In this document: positions 51,487 to 64,000 of the stretch, piece by piece
Numbering within the stretch: the first letter of the stretch is position 1
How the letters are laid out: each line of letters begins with the position of its first letter
NCBI RefSeq assembly: GCF_006345805.1
Contig: NC_043005.1
Coordinates: 38,440,001-38,504,000 of the forward strand
Direction of reading: 5' to 3'
Source of the DNA: Octopus sinensis
Taxonomy: Eukaryota
Length of the DNA stretch: 64,000 bases
Program-made: the position numbers and the translations under genes
Notes under the pieces: generated by a model
Told to the model about the DNA's origin: nothing
The model's database searches: none
The model's input: only the letters and a program-made list of their open reading frames with translations

Positions 51487-51729
51487 CGTCCGTGCATGCG
51501 TGAGTGTGTATATGTCAACGAGAGACGAGTGAATGAACGAAAGTTTTGTTGACGTTTTATGTACTGAATAACAATTTAACTCAACTGTATATTACCTCGC
51601 GGACATAAGAGGAGACTACCTTACAGAGATGTTTGGAGAACGCGTCCGCATGTTGGGGACGCTTTTTACGCCCACGGAAACTTAAGTAATGTGCTGGCCC
51701 TTAGTCCCCCTGTTGCTTCTGATATATAG

Positions 51730-52188
51730 ATATTATATAGAGGGCATTACAATACAATAATGCCACACGTTAGGAGGGACTCTTAAAGTCAAAACTACCA
51801 AAATAAATAAACACATCGAACCGAATGCAACTCTTGAAGCGAGTCATTTAAAAACAGAAATTAGCTGCAAATCACTGTGATTTCATAATTAGTGCAGTAA
51901 TGCACTTTTTAATCCTCAGTGCAAGTATAATTCAAGATATATAACGAATGAACAAAATAAACATACCAGACGAACAACCATTGTATCCAACGTAGCATAT
52001 AAGAATTAAAAAGTGCATTACTACACTAATTAGGAAATCACAATGATATGCAGCTAAATTCTGTTTCTAAATGACTTGCTTCGAGAGTTGCATTCGGTAC
52101 GATGTGTTTATTTATTTTGGTAATTTTGACTTTAAGAGCCCCTCCTAGCATGTGACATTATTGTATAGTAATGCCCTCTATATAATAT
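51730..52188. mobile_element. MITE/foldback element with ~187-bp imperfect TIRs and 85-bp spacer
   Basis: atattatatagagggcattac...ttttaatcct (51730-51916) pairs with agaattaaaaagtgca...gtaatgccctctatataatat (52002-52188). Confidence 0.8.
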
Positions 52189-52297
52189 AAATAAATATAT
52201 TTAAGTGAAAAAATTGGTGGATTTTTTCTCTTATGAGTTTTTTTCACGCTAACTACTTGATAAATTCTTATAAAGATTTTATCCTATTTTAAAATTG

Positions 52298-52351
<54 letters not shown>

Positions 52352-52397
52352 CAAACGCACACAGGAGCACACACATATATCTTACGCAATTACTGAC

Positions 52398-54573
52398 CTG
52401 TTCTTTGTGTTGATTCTCTGTGAAAGTAGATGCTGATTGATTCGTGTCGAGGTAACCGAGCCAATGTGCTACAAAACTCTTGACAAAGTTGACCACCACA
52501 CATGACTGCTGGTCAATGACAACTGATACATAATACATAGAGACAAGCGGTGTCTGCATTTCAAATGAATGTGTCATGATGTCTTCTATGCAATGAAATA
52601 CAGCGGCTTTTAATTTGTTTTCCAATTCGAATAAAATATTAAAGGTTATCCTCCTTTTCAAAAAGGGTCTTGAAAAAAGCTTCATATAATGAGCGTACCA
52701 TTGGTGATTTAATTCGGATTTTCCGCTGCAATATTCACATATTCCAGCTTCAAGTAAACAAATTTTCAGTTGATAATAAAGATGACTGTTAGTTTTAACA
52801 ACAGAAAGTATATTACTTAATAATCTTTGTCCCGTTAATTTATCACCTAATGTATTTTGGTTGTTTTGAACATAAACAGCAATTCCCCAGAATAGAGTGA
52901 GGCGGGCAAAAATAAACATCGGGATTATATTTTCTTTGTTGACTTCCTCTTCAGATTCTGCTATAACTTTTTCGCATAACATTTTAATTTCTGTTTCTGC
53001 TGAAAATTTTACATTTTCGTTTGGGAATTGTTCTTGTAAATAAAGTAACAACGCCTCCGAGAAAAATGAATCGATAATGTTATTCTCGACAGTATCAATA
53101 GCATTTTTGATCAGAACTTCGTGGTCGTGTACGCTCCTCTGGAAATATAACTGCAGCTCGTGAAAGTTGGGGTTTTGTGGGTCATCACCTTGTACAATGG
53201 TATGTATATACAGAAAGTTGTGCTGGGATATATTGGTGTCTATTTTATTGATCAATTCTTCGCTTGGATTTTCAATATAAACACAAGTCTCTAGAATATC
53301 CGAAGCATAAGAAAATATTTCCTGCAGCATGCTAGCATTCAATTTTTCATTTTCCCTGGCATATTTCTGTTGGTAAACGACATAAACTACTGCATCGATT
53401 AGTATTTCCAACGCCTTATCTAAATGATTAAACAAAGGAAAACATTGGTTTGGTAATTCACTGATTTCTGAAGTTTCTTTTAAATGTCGTGTTGATCCCT
53501 GAAATCGTCGACTGCAAAACCATGTTAATGAATTTACCATGTTAATGAATTTACGCTTGGCCGGAGAACTATCTCTTCGGACGGAGTCCGCATCGCTTAT
53601 TATTACTACTTCATCAATATGAAGTTGACTATTCAGTTGATTGCTTTTGTACCGGAGAATGCAGTGTATATAATAATGAAGCATTTCATATACGAGGGCC
53701 TTGTAGGTGTTGTAAACACTTGACAAATTGATTGTTCGCGAATAATTCAGATAAAACTCTCGGCACAAATGCAACAGAAGAAATATAGAATTAACGAATT
53801 TCTTAATTATTTTATCTCTGTATGAGTCAGTTAAGAGAGGCGGGAATTCGTTGTAGTTATCATCGAAACTCTTCAAACAATAACAACGTAAAGACAAAAT
53901 GGAAAACGCATATTCATTTAAATTAACAATGGGAACTATTTCATTTCTGAAAACAAAATAGTTGCGCGTTTCTGCTTTGTGTAAGTCTTCATTAAATGTA
54001 CACAGACAGCATCCATTATTCGGTTCACGGTGAAGCCACCAATGAGATATCAAATTTTCAGTCATGTCTTCCTTCCTAACACCGTTTTTCATGTGTTCTG
54101 TGTATACGTCATTAATAGCCATCTCACTGTTTGTATTATATATACCATCACATTGATGGATTCCTAGGTTACAAAAAATCAGATGTAGATATTCGGCAAA
54201 TTTATCATTTATACAAAAATGCTCATATTCCTCAAGTGGAAGTTTATGTGGAAAACGCTGGCCTCCATTTTTCAGAATTACATCTTTCACATTTATATTT
54301 CTAAGGAGATGCTCAAATATAAGAGGGATGAAAAATACCAGGAAATCGACAAAGATATATACGGGAAGTTTGTGACCTAAATTAGTAAATGCTTTTCCTT
54401 CGGTTTTCTCCAATGGCACCAACAGATTCATCAAATAATTAATTAACATAATCAAAGATATTATCAGGAATATAAGGAGGACGTTGTCATGAAAGCGGTA
54501 TGTACCGTGATGATGTTTAGTCAATGTCCAAGTATGATAGGTGATCAGTTTATGTAGTACGTCATGGAAGGAT
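52398..54573 (-). CDS. Large internal exon of a polycystin-1-like (PKD1L/REJ-type) membrane protein: post-PLAT segment, TM2, TM3 and a long cytoplasmic loop
   Basis: Acceptor ttttgttttttcag|A at 54573 and donor CAG|gtcagt at 52398/52397 (phase 0). The 2176 nt are stop-free and extend ORF 52284..54524. The N-terminal part SFHDVLHKLITYHTWTLTKHHHGTYRFHDNVLLIFLIISLIMLINYL ... LPVYIFVDFLVFFIPLIFEHLLRN resembles the PKD1-family pattern H.W...F..RL.....ML.N (TM2) followed by TM3 ending in LFR. Family call is by motif recognition. Confidence 0.72.
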
Positions 54574-54699
54574 CTGAAAAAACAAAATGTCAGTATGAAA
54601 TGAAAATACGAACGTATTGATTATTAGCAAGCAAACAATATTTTCATATCGATGATATAATGATTCGTTAATATTCTCTTACTTGTACTCGTAAAAAAA

Positions 54700-54960
54700 A
54701 AACAAAGAAATAACAAAATCATAATCACTAACACCATCATTACCATCTTCATGATCCCACCACCACCACCACCACTACTACAAACAACAGCACAATCATC
54801 ACTACTATCATCGTAACTATCTCGCAACCACCAACACAATCATTAATCATCACCACTTGCCACATTATCGTCGTCGTCATCATCATCATCATCATCATCA
54901 TCGTCGTCGTCGTCGTCGTCGTCGTCGTCATCACCATTATCATCTCCTCCTTCTCCTCTT
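54700..54960. repeat. Compound trinucleotide microsatellite (CAC/CAT/CGT); similar blocks at 55540-55625, 62990-63130 and 63370-63460
   Basis: Directly visible tandem triplets. Confidence 0.95.
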
Positions 54961-56653
54961 TCTTTATTTCTCACACAAGGTATTTATTCAGTAATTCTTG
55001 TAAACACACCGTATATGTGTGCGCGCGCGTGTGTGTATTTGTGTGTGTAAGGTCTATGTGGAATCAATGTAAAAATAGCGTAGAAATATTTTCAAATCAT
55101 TTACCAGACACCTCGAAAAGAAAAATAGTCATTTTGTAAAAATATTTAAATAAATATATAAAAGCTTTTTAATTATTAGACTATGAATAGATCCTCGCGT
55201 GAAACACTTTAAAACGAAAATGTACTTAAAGATGGCGTCGAGAAAATGGGATGTAATAAATACGATAATGGTGGATACCTTACCGGTTGGTGGGTTTGAG
55301 GTGGTGTTGAAGATGACGTTGTACTGATAGGTTAATATTGGTCTAGTTTAGGGTAACGGTTATGAAGTTGGTAGTAGAGGTGGAGGTGAAACTGAGGTAG
55401 TGATAGAGATATTGGTAGCTTTAGTTAGATTAATAATAGTGTTGGTTTCGGTGTAATGACGGTTATCATAACAGCTATCGTGGGGAGTTGTAGTTGGTAA
55501 AAGTTGTTTCAAATAATTGGGGGTTGATAGATGAGAACGAGAAGAGAGTTTGGACATTGGTGGAGGTAGTGGTGGTGGTGATGGTAGTGGAGGTAGTGGT
55601 GGTGGTGGTGGAGGTGGTGGGATGGATTAAACGTACTAGAAATTCTTACCGTATTGCTTTGATTGAGTTTGAATGGTCGTAATGGTATTATTATTACTGA
55701 GAGAAAGTATGACGGTTGATATAATTGATTTAACCCTCCTCTGAAAACTACTGGTCTTGGGCCAAAAATTAGAAAGAATTTTTACTGTGAGAAAGAAAGG
55801 CATCGAGGTGACGGAACCATAAGCACGACAAAAGGCTTTGTGGTATGCATTTCGGCTCAGTTTGTTCTGAGTTCAAATGCTCAACTTTTTCATGCTTTCA
55901 GGTTAGGCGCAGAGTTAGTACCAGCTGAGCATTGATGTCGATGAAGTTGATCTCCTCTCTTATAACTGCTGATCTTTTGTCAAAATGAGAAAGAATTATC
56001 ACTGGAATTATGGTAGAGTTGGTTAATGTTGAGATTCTGGTGTATAAAGAAGCAGTAATTTTGCATCAGTAGTTTTGTTGTTTGGGTTGAGGTCATCACT
56101 GGTCGAGAGGACATAGGATCAAAAACATGGTGTTATTTCAAGTACGTTTGATAGCTAATTTCAGCAGTTCGACCAGCCACGTAGAAGCTACCTCGTTGGC
56201 CATTGAGCTAATGGTAAGCTTTTAGCAGTGATTTTAGTGATGGGAATGGGGTTGATGGAGGCAGTTGTATAAGTGGTTAATTATGGCACAGCGACAAAGC
56301 AGTGCTGTTAGTTTACGATTATTTACATTAGTGTGAACGTGTGTTGAAACGAAAGAAGATAACATCTTATTTTGCCATTAAAAACGGTACATCTTTTCGT
56401 TAATTGCAGTATCAGCAGCTACTCACCCATTTAAGAAGCGTGGATCATACAGAGAATATAAAATAGAAAAAAGCAAAAGATTTAGAGATAGAGATTTATA
56501 AGGCAGAGAAGTAAACAGACAGGCGGTAGAAAGAGTGAGTGAGGAAGGGAGGGAGTGTGTGTGTGGGCGTGCGTATAGTTTGGGTGATATAAACGAGAAA
56601 ATAAACTAAAAACGTGTGTGCATGTACATACACACATATATATAAATGTATGT

Positions 56654-56890
56654 ATACCTATTTCTTTATTACCCACAAGGGGCTAAACGCAGAGGGGACA
56701 AACAAGGACAGACATAGGTATTAAGTCGATTACATCTACCCCAGTGCGTTACTGGTACTTAATTTATCGACCCCGAAAGGACGAAAGGCAAAGTCGACCT
56801 CGGCGGAATTTGAACTCACAACGTAACGCAGACGAAATACCGCCAAGCATTTCGCCCGACGTGCTAACGTTTCTGCCAGCTCGCCGCCTT
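56654..56890 (-). mobile_element. SINE family B, full-length young copy
   Basis: Complete head (ggcggcgagctggcagaaacgttagcacgtcgggcg), core and tail (cccctctgcgtttagccccttgtgggtaataaagaaat). Confidence 0.92.
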
Positions 56891-57164
56891 AGTATGTATA
56901 CCTTTTACTTTTGTATGTATGTATACCTAATGTATGTATACCTTTTACTTTTGCGGTCATGCTGGGCTACCACCTCACAGGGTTTCAGTCGAAGAAATGA
57001 ACAAATGATTCCAGTACTATTTTCCTTGCTAAATGTGGTACTTATTCTTCACGAGATGCAAACAAATTAACACTGGTAGTCAAGCGGTGTGCGTTTCTGT
57101 GCGTGTATGTATGTGTGTGTGGGGGGCGTGAGTTAATTGTTAATGTTTTACACCCATGATTCCC

Positions 57165-57350
57165 GGACCAGGTGATGTGTTGTGTTGTTGAACTAAACAC
57201 TTCATTTAACAATACCTCAGTCCATTTAGCCGGCTGGCAAGCATGAGCAACCTTGCGATGAACCGGTGTCCCGCCCAAGGGTGCAGGGTACAAGTGCCAC
57301 AGATTCTGGGAAACCGGCTGTATGAGCCTATGGCAGGGAAGGCATTAGAT
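57165..57350 (+). mobile_element. V-SINE-like fragment
   Basis: aaccttgcgatgaaccggtgtcccgcccaagggtg resembles the V-domain motif cctgcgatggactggcg.cc..tccagggtg as I recall it. Confidence 0.45.
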
Positions 57351-57698
57351 TGCTATGCCAATTTCGCATGGAATTTAACGCTCATCATTAATACTTACTC
57401 AAGATTCCTGTGGTGTAGTCTATATATACTGACAGGGCAAATTCTGCTTCACCACACGTATTAGAGAAAGCATTAGATTCCATGCGAAACTGGCATGCCA
57501 ATCAAATACCACTTGTTGGGTGGGCAGGTTGTCTCCCCTGTCAATAAGTAGAAAATATCCTTCTGTGGCAAGGGAGTTCTTTGAAACTTATTTCTAGCAA
57601 GGTTGGTGCTCCCTGCTCGCTTCGTCACTTTTAATTGATGAAGATTTATATACATGTATGCATGCATACATACATACATACATACATACATACATACA

Positions 57699-57825
<127 letters not shown>

Positions 57826-57873
57826 CATGCATGCATGCATACATACATACATATATATATATATAATATATAT

Positions 57874-57927
<54 letters not shown>

Positions 57928-58344
57928 ATCATATCGAAGGAAAATGGAAATTAATAGGAATTTTCACTTCCAGTGGTACCTTCTCGGAATTTTCACCTCC
58001 GTTTTGGACAGTCCATTGCATCAGTTTCCCAGTTTCCATGCATCGTAGAGAGTTGCTTATTAAACCTTCGGAACGCAATTTTAATTTCCATTGAAGTCTC
58101 TTTGCTCTTTTCGACAGACTATATAACAGTCGTTTGAGTATGCGTTGATTAAATTACCTTATCAAATGGCCTAGCCAGCGAAGTCTGTGTGGATGAATTT
58201 CAGTTTCAATGCAGTCCACATCAGCACACTTAAGTTCTGCAGAATCTGATAATTTGTGCACTCATTTGATTTTCAGTAGAGAACGCAAACATCGCAAATG
58301 AAATCACTCTAATAATCTGAAGTGCTTCTTATATACTACTAATG

Positions 58345-58830
58345 TCTCAGATTGGTAAAGAAGGGATGAAAGCACGCAAGCCTTGTGCACCGCAGCCTTT
58401 GTTTTTGGTAATATCTCTATTAAACCAAACTTGCCCGTGAAGAGTCTTGAAAGTCTGAGATACGCTGTGAAGACTATACACTATTTCAGAATTTAAGAAA
58501 CAAACACGATTCAGCACATTTCCAAGATTTGTGAATTTATCTAAAACTTTCAGTGTAGCATTTTGAAGAAAAATTTCAAGATCATGATATGAGTTGGAAT
58601 CTCGTTGAAACATAACAAGATTCAACTTACTGTTAGCCCAAAGGCAACATAGAATTCATCAAGTTTAAGCATTAGGTACCATATGTCTCTGACTGAATGG
58701 GTTATAATAAATTTCTCATTAGAAAGGTGAAAGTCTTTGTTATTGCTGACAGCCTTCCCAAATTAAATAATTTACTAATGCTTCTATAATAAATATGTAC
58801 ACTTTCTGTTTAACTTTGAATGAACCTGCA
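58345..58830 (-). mobile_element. RTE-clade LINE RT fragment
   Basis: THSVRDIWYLMLKLDEFYVAFGLTVS...LKVLDKFTNLGNVL...EI...SQTFKTLHGQVWFNRDIT matches the RTE RT C-terminal pattern FGLT.S..KT...VDKF.YLGS...EI..R...AF..L...VW. Confidence 0.7.
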
Positions 58831-59390
58831 AGTACAATCGAAAAGTATAGAAAAAAATAACATCGGTCCAAGAATAACTCCTTGCTTCACTCCATTTGCT
58901 GTTTAAAAAGATTCTGAAATATATTATGTCATGAAAAGACCTTAACATATGTATGTATGTGCGTGTGTGTGTGTGTGTTGTGTGTGTTTAATGTATGTAC
59001 GTATCTATACATGTATATAAATACAGCGTTTTCGGACAATAGCTGTATGAAAGTATTCTGGGATGGTTAATATTCTGTTTATCTCGCTAGTGTTCTATAC
59101 ACTTTTGCATTTTGTTATCTTTGTCACTACATCGACGGAAGAAAGAATTTAAAAGCATCCAAAAATATTTAAAAAAAATATAATATTAATGAAAGTAATA
59201 CGAAATAAACAGACTGACGCTGTTAATGTAAAATTGATATAGCTGCTAATCTTGATCTATTTCATGAGACTACTTCCCTTCAAGATCGATTTACTAATAG
59301 ACTCTATTACTACCTTACATTTTGACAGGTCATATCTGGCTAGCCAGCCATTTATGAGTGAATTTACGAAAGATGACGGTATATCTATGC

Positions 59391-59465
<75 letters not shown>

Positions 59466-59487
59466 TTCTCTCTCTCTCCTCTCTCTC

Positions 59488-59521
<34 letters not shown>

Positions 59522-59704
59522 CGTCTGTGTTCGTGTGTGTGCATGCGTGTGTATGTGTGCGCGCATGTAATTATGTATGTATGTATGTATGTATATATAT
59601 ATACATATACACACACATGTATATATGTATGTATATATGTGTATATATGTAATATATATACATATATATATATATATGTATATAAGTATGTATATATGCA
59701 TATA

Positions 59705-59735
<31 letters not shown>

Positions 59736-60939
59736 TGGATATGCGATTTACAAAAGTATATATGCGTAAGTGCCTGTATAAAATATATACACACATGTGT
59801 ATGTAGGCCTGTGTTAGTGCGTTATGTACGCATATATGTATGCATATCAATATGTACTAATGTATGTGTAATTCAGACACGCATACATATACACGCAAGC
59901 GTATACAAATGCCCAGGAAGTGAGTATAAACGTAATTTTCTGAGAGATATTTGCATGTAAGCATCCATTAACATATATGCATACAGGCATAGTTCATTCA
60001 CACATGCACACTCTGTCACACACATACACACACATAGAGGCATGTAACCGTGGATAAACAGATATGGATCAGTAGATTAGATTAGATATCCGGAGATACA
60101 AATATACATGCGTGTGTGTGTGTTTGCATATACATGCATACATATATACATACATACATACATACATACATACATGCATACATACATACACACATACATA
60201 CATACTTACATACATACATTCAGACAGACAAACACACAGACACACACACAAATACATACACACATATATTTATACATGCATATATATATATGTATAGAAA
60301 CGGAAACATGGCCTTTCTTAGGAAAATGTGTATACATCATATGAATATATACATTTATATTTATATATATATGTATGCATATACATATTTATATATACAT
60401 ACACACGCACACGTATATAGGTATGTATACATATTTATATATATGCACGTACACACACATGTATGTATGTATGTATGTATGTATAATCTATTTATGCATT
60501 GATCTAGAGCCTGTTTAATCTGCTCTTATATGCGTGTGCACTCACACTCACAGACAAACATACATAGACACAAGCATACATAGATACACGCACACATACA
60601 CACGTACACATGTTATATCATGCGTACAATATTCAAATGTTTCCACTCAAAATAGAATTAAGAGATTCAAAAATCTTTACCAGACTAGACGGCGCTCCTA
60701 ATTGTATAAGACATCTAAAACATATATATATATAACTATAGATTTATTTTTATATTTATTATAGATATATCTCGATGTCTACGTTTGTGCCTGAATATCA
60801 TTATGCATACTCACGCATATACGTACATATATATTGTATGTGTGTGTGTGTGCAAATAATGTTTATATTATTGTTAGTAATAATTTTTCTTTGTTACATT
60901 ATCATTATTATTGTTCTGTATAGTAAAATCGGAAGAGCA

Positions 60940-61950
60940 AAGAACAAAAGGCCTTTTGGGATTTGTTCTGGCTCCTTATGTTCTAAGTTCAAATCCAGCT
61001 TAGATCAAGTTTGCCTTACATTTCTCCGGGGGACGATAAAATCATATTACTAGTCAAGTACTGATGTCGATTTAATCGACTAATCGCCTTACTCAAGTCT
61101 CAGGGCTTGTGGCTATACTAGAAGCAATTCTTCAGGCTACTGGTTTGACAGATTCATTAGAGCATCAGAAAAAAATGTCTATTAGTATTTCTTTCATTGA
61201 AATCGTGTTGTCAGGTGGTTAAGGTGCGGCACTAACGATCACAAAGCCATAGTTTCAATTCCCTGATCGGACGGCGCGTAGTGTTCTTGAACAAATGATT
61301 TTATTTCACGTTGTTCCAGTTCATTCCACTGTAAATGAATAAACTTGCAACAGACTGGTGTCCGTGGAGGAAGAGGTTTGCTATCTGGGTCATTTATATA
61401 CTGGTAACTGGCATAAATTAAAAATAACTATTAAAACGGTGAGCTGGAAGAACGCTAGAACATTAGAACAAATAGCTGTATGCATCCCGGTTATTCCCAT
61501 TCTGAGTTTCAATTCTGCTGAGATCAACTTTGCCTCTCTTCCGTACGGTATTGATAAAACAAAGTATGAATCAAATATTGGAGTCGATATTATTTGCAAA
61601 ACCCATTCTCTTTTTTAAATTACTGACCAATTATACACCCGGTTCTTTACGTTTTGATTTCAAATGCTGCAGAAGTCAACTTTATTAGTACTAGGGTCAA
61701 TGTTATCGACTAACCCCACTTCACCCAAAATTGCTGGTTTTCTGCCTGCATTAGAAATCATCGCGAACCTGGTATTATGGTTAGCGCGTTGGTCAGAATT
61801 TTTCGTGTATTTCTTCCAGTTGGTCACGTTCTGATTTCAGATCCCGCTGAGGTCAACTATGTCTTCCATCATTTCGAGGTCGATAAAATAAGAACCAGTC
61901 AAGTACTAGAGTCAAGTTAATCGATTTGTCTCTCCCCTAAATTTGTTGGC
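60940..61950 (+). mobile_element. Cluster of degenerate SINEs (family B x3 and a tRNA-head SINE at about 61210-61350)
   Basis: Repeated ttctgagttcaa/gtcaactttg..cat...gtcgat..aatcgac cores; another family B copy lies at about 62770-62980. Confidence 0.65.
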
Positions 61951-61989
61951 TTTTGGTACTTTTCTGCAGATCGATAATGCGAGTCTCAA

Positions 61990-62740
61990 TTCTAATATCT
62001 TTGTCTTTTAGGTACAAGTTTAGGTGTTATGTCAAATGTACCAATTACGATAGGAATAATTGTTCTCTTAGACTTTCCTTCAGCCCTCTGGCTATATCCT
62101 GATATTTTTCAATTTAATCAATTTATTTGGATCGATTCAGCTATCATAAGGAATTGTAAAATCTATGATCTTACACTGTTCATTTTGCCTTCTATGTTAA
62201 CGTCATGTCTCTTTGCTTCATTAGTATGGTCTCATTCCCTATCAGAGCCTTTGGTCTGTGTTCATATCAACATCCTGTTACTTCGGAGACATACTCGACT
62301 AACATTCCAACGCACTCTTTACCTATACAGTCATGTCTGTACTTATACTCTTTTTCTCTTTTTGTGCTAGCTTACTGCACTCCCTTAAGAGATTTGTTTT
62401 TTTTTCCCTTTTTTAGCAAAAGTCCGAGGACTGCAGCCTTGCTGGGATATACTTTGGTCACCGTTCCTACAGATTCTATATTTGTTGTTTGACTGAGTTT
62501 TGTCGACATTTACCTTTATGAGATATTCTCTAATGGATTGTACCTGAGCAGATATAATTAGCGTTTATGTCTCTCGTTTCTAGTTCGAGTTCCCACCAGT
62601 GATCCTCAGCGTTCTTTACTCCCAACATCCTCGGTTTGTTGCATGAACTGGCCATGTAATGCCATTTCTTTCCATTTGCTTGTTCTGTTATAAGTTCTCG
62701 GATTCTCCTACTGTTTCAGTAACATTTTGGGCGTCTCTAA
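61990..62740 (-). mobile_element. R4/Dong-like LINE 3' fragment (zinc knuckle plus restriction-like endonuclease)
   Basis: The minus strand reads WKEMALHGQFMQQ...ECSKLAQ...YRHD...CKIIDFTIPYD...KYQDIARGL...IIPIVIGT, typical of RLE-bearing R4-type elements; frameshifted. Confidence 0.75.
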
Positions 62741-63068
62741 TGCCACGCACCATCATCATCATCACTAAGGTGGCGCTTTAGGCAGAATCTTTAGCACGCT
62801 GGATGAATGGCATGGCAGCATTCCGTCTTGTCTTTACTCTCTGAGTTCAGATTCTGCCGAGGTCGGCTTTGCCTTTCATCCTTCCGGGATCGATGAAATA
62901 GGTACAAGTGGGTCACTGAGGTCGATGTAATCGGCTTATCCCCTCACTCGAAATAGCTGGTCTTCTGCCAAAATTTAAAAATCGTTTTTATTATTAGTGG
63001 TAGCTGTAGTATTAGTAGCAGCAGTAGTAGTAATAGTAGTGGTGGTGGTGGTGGTGGTGGTATTATTA

Positions 63069-63101
<33 letters not shown>

Positions 63102-63414
63102 GTAGTAGTAGTAGTAGTAGTAGTAGTGTTCAGGGTGGTCGCTGTCGAGGTAATCATCACTGAAATGGTGACGGAGATGGCGACGCTGATGGTATGGTGG
63201 GTGGTAATTAATGTTATGACGTAATACAGACTGCAATACAATGTAAGACGATATTAAAACATAAACGTACTGCAAGACTAACAATGGCGGTCGTCGTTGA
63301 GACATTGGACATTGATTAACCAAACAATTACGCTAGATTGCCAAACAAAGAAATGAAACAAAAGTATCAACAATAACAACAACAACAACAACTATAATAA
63401 TAATTATTGTCATT

Positions 63415-63459
<45 letters not shown>

Positions 63460-63757
63460 AAATAATAAGGCAGAAGAAAGGAAATAGCAACGAATGAAAC
63501 GAAAAGAGATAGAAGAAAATAAATGATCAAGATGGAAAGAGTAAACACGACAAAACTCTATCCATCTTCCATATCGAAAAAAAAAAAAAGAAGAAAACTC
63601 ATTAAAGAAAATAAAACTCAGCAGAAAGCTATAAATAAAATGTTTAGTCGCTGAATCCTCTGTTTATGTTTACGTGTGTGTGTGCGGATACTTATATGTT
63701 CTGTGTATTGTGAGAGCCTGTGTGTGAGTGTATATATATATATATAATATGTATATA

Positions 63758-63840
<83 letters not shown>

Positions 63841-64000
63841 TGAGAGAGAGGGAGGGAGAGAAAACAGACACAAACAAATATACCAATTCATATAAACGTA
63901 TATACACAGAAATATTCATAGATATACAAGACAAAACACGCACACCTACATATCTATTTCCGTATATATATATATATATATATCTTATATATATATATAT

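Noticed and set aside
58690-58830. Good minus-strand acceptor (tacttgcag|) with an open frame, considered as an upstream PLAT exon
   Set aside because: The frame runs into RTE reverse-transcriptase motifs (FGLTVS), so it belongs to the LINE fragment. No PLAT or GPS exon was identified in 54574-64000.

Overview
AT-rich, microsatellite-dense eukaryotic genomic DNA. The SINE families and the (TA)n/(CATA)n/(GATA)n load look like a coleoid cephalopod, probably Octopus; this is recognition from memory, not a search result. Only one host gene is supported: a minus-strand polycystin-1-like (PKD1L/REJ-type) gene. It has a 2176-nt internal exon (52398-54573) carrying TM2, TM3 and a roughly 650-aa orphan loop, and an apparent terminal exon (11462-11862) carrying TM4-TM5, a stop codon and AATAAA. 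The protein therefore seems to lack the six-TM TRP-like channel module. The 40-kb interval between these exons is a transposon graveyard. It holds two CR1/L2-type LINEs head-to-tail in a (TA)n array, a near full-length LINE inserted cleanly into a Penelope-like element flanked by inverted arms, R4/Dong and mariner remnants, a 160-bp solo LTR, tRNA-derived SINEs whose tails match LINE ends in this window, and many near-perfect hairpins anchored on TA microsatellites. RTE remnants lie outside that interval. Most of the supplied ORF track is microsatellite noise. Exon, motif and perfect-repeat coordinates were counted by hand; boundaries of degenerate repeats are approximate.
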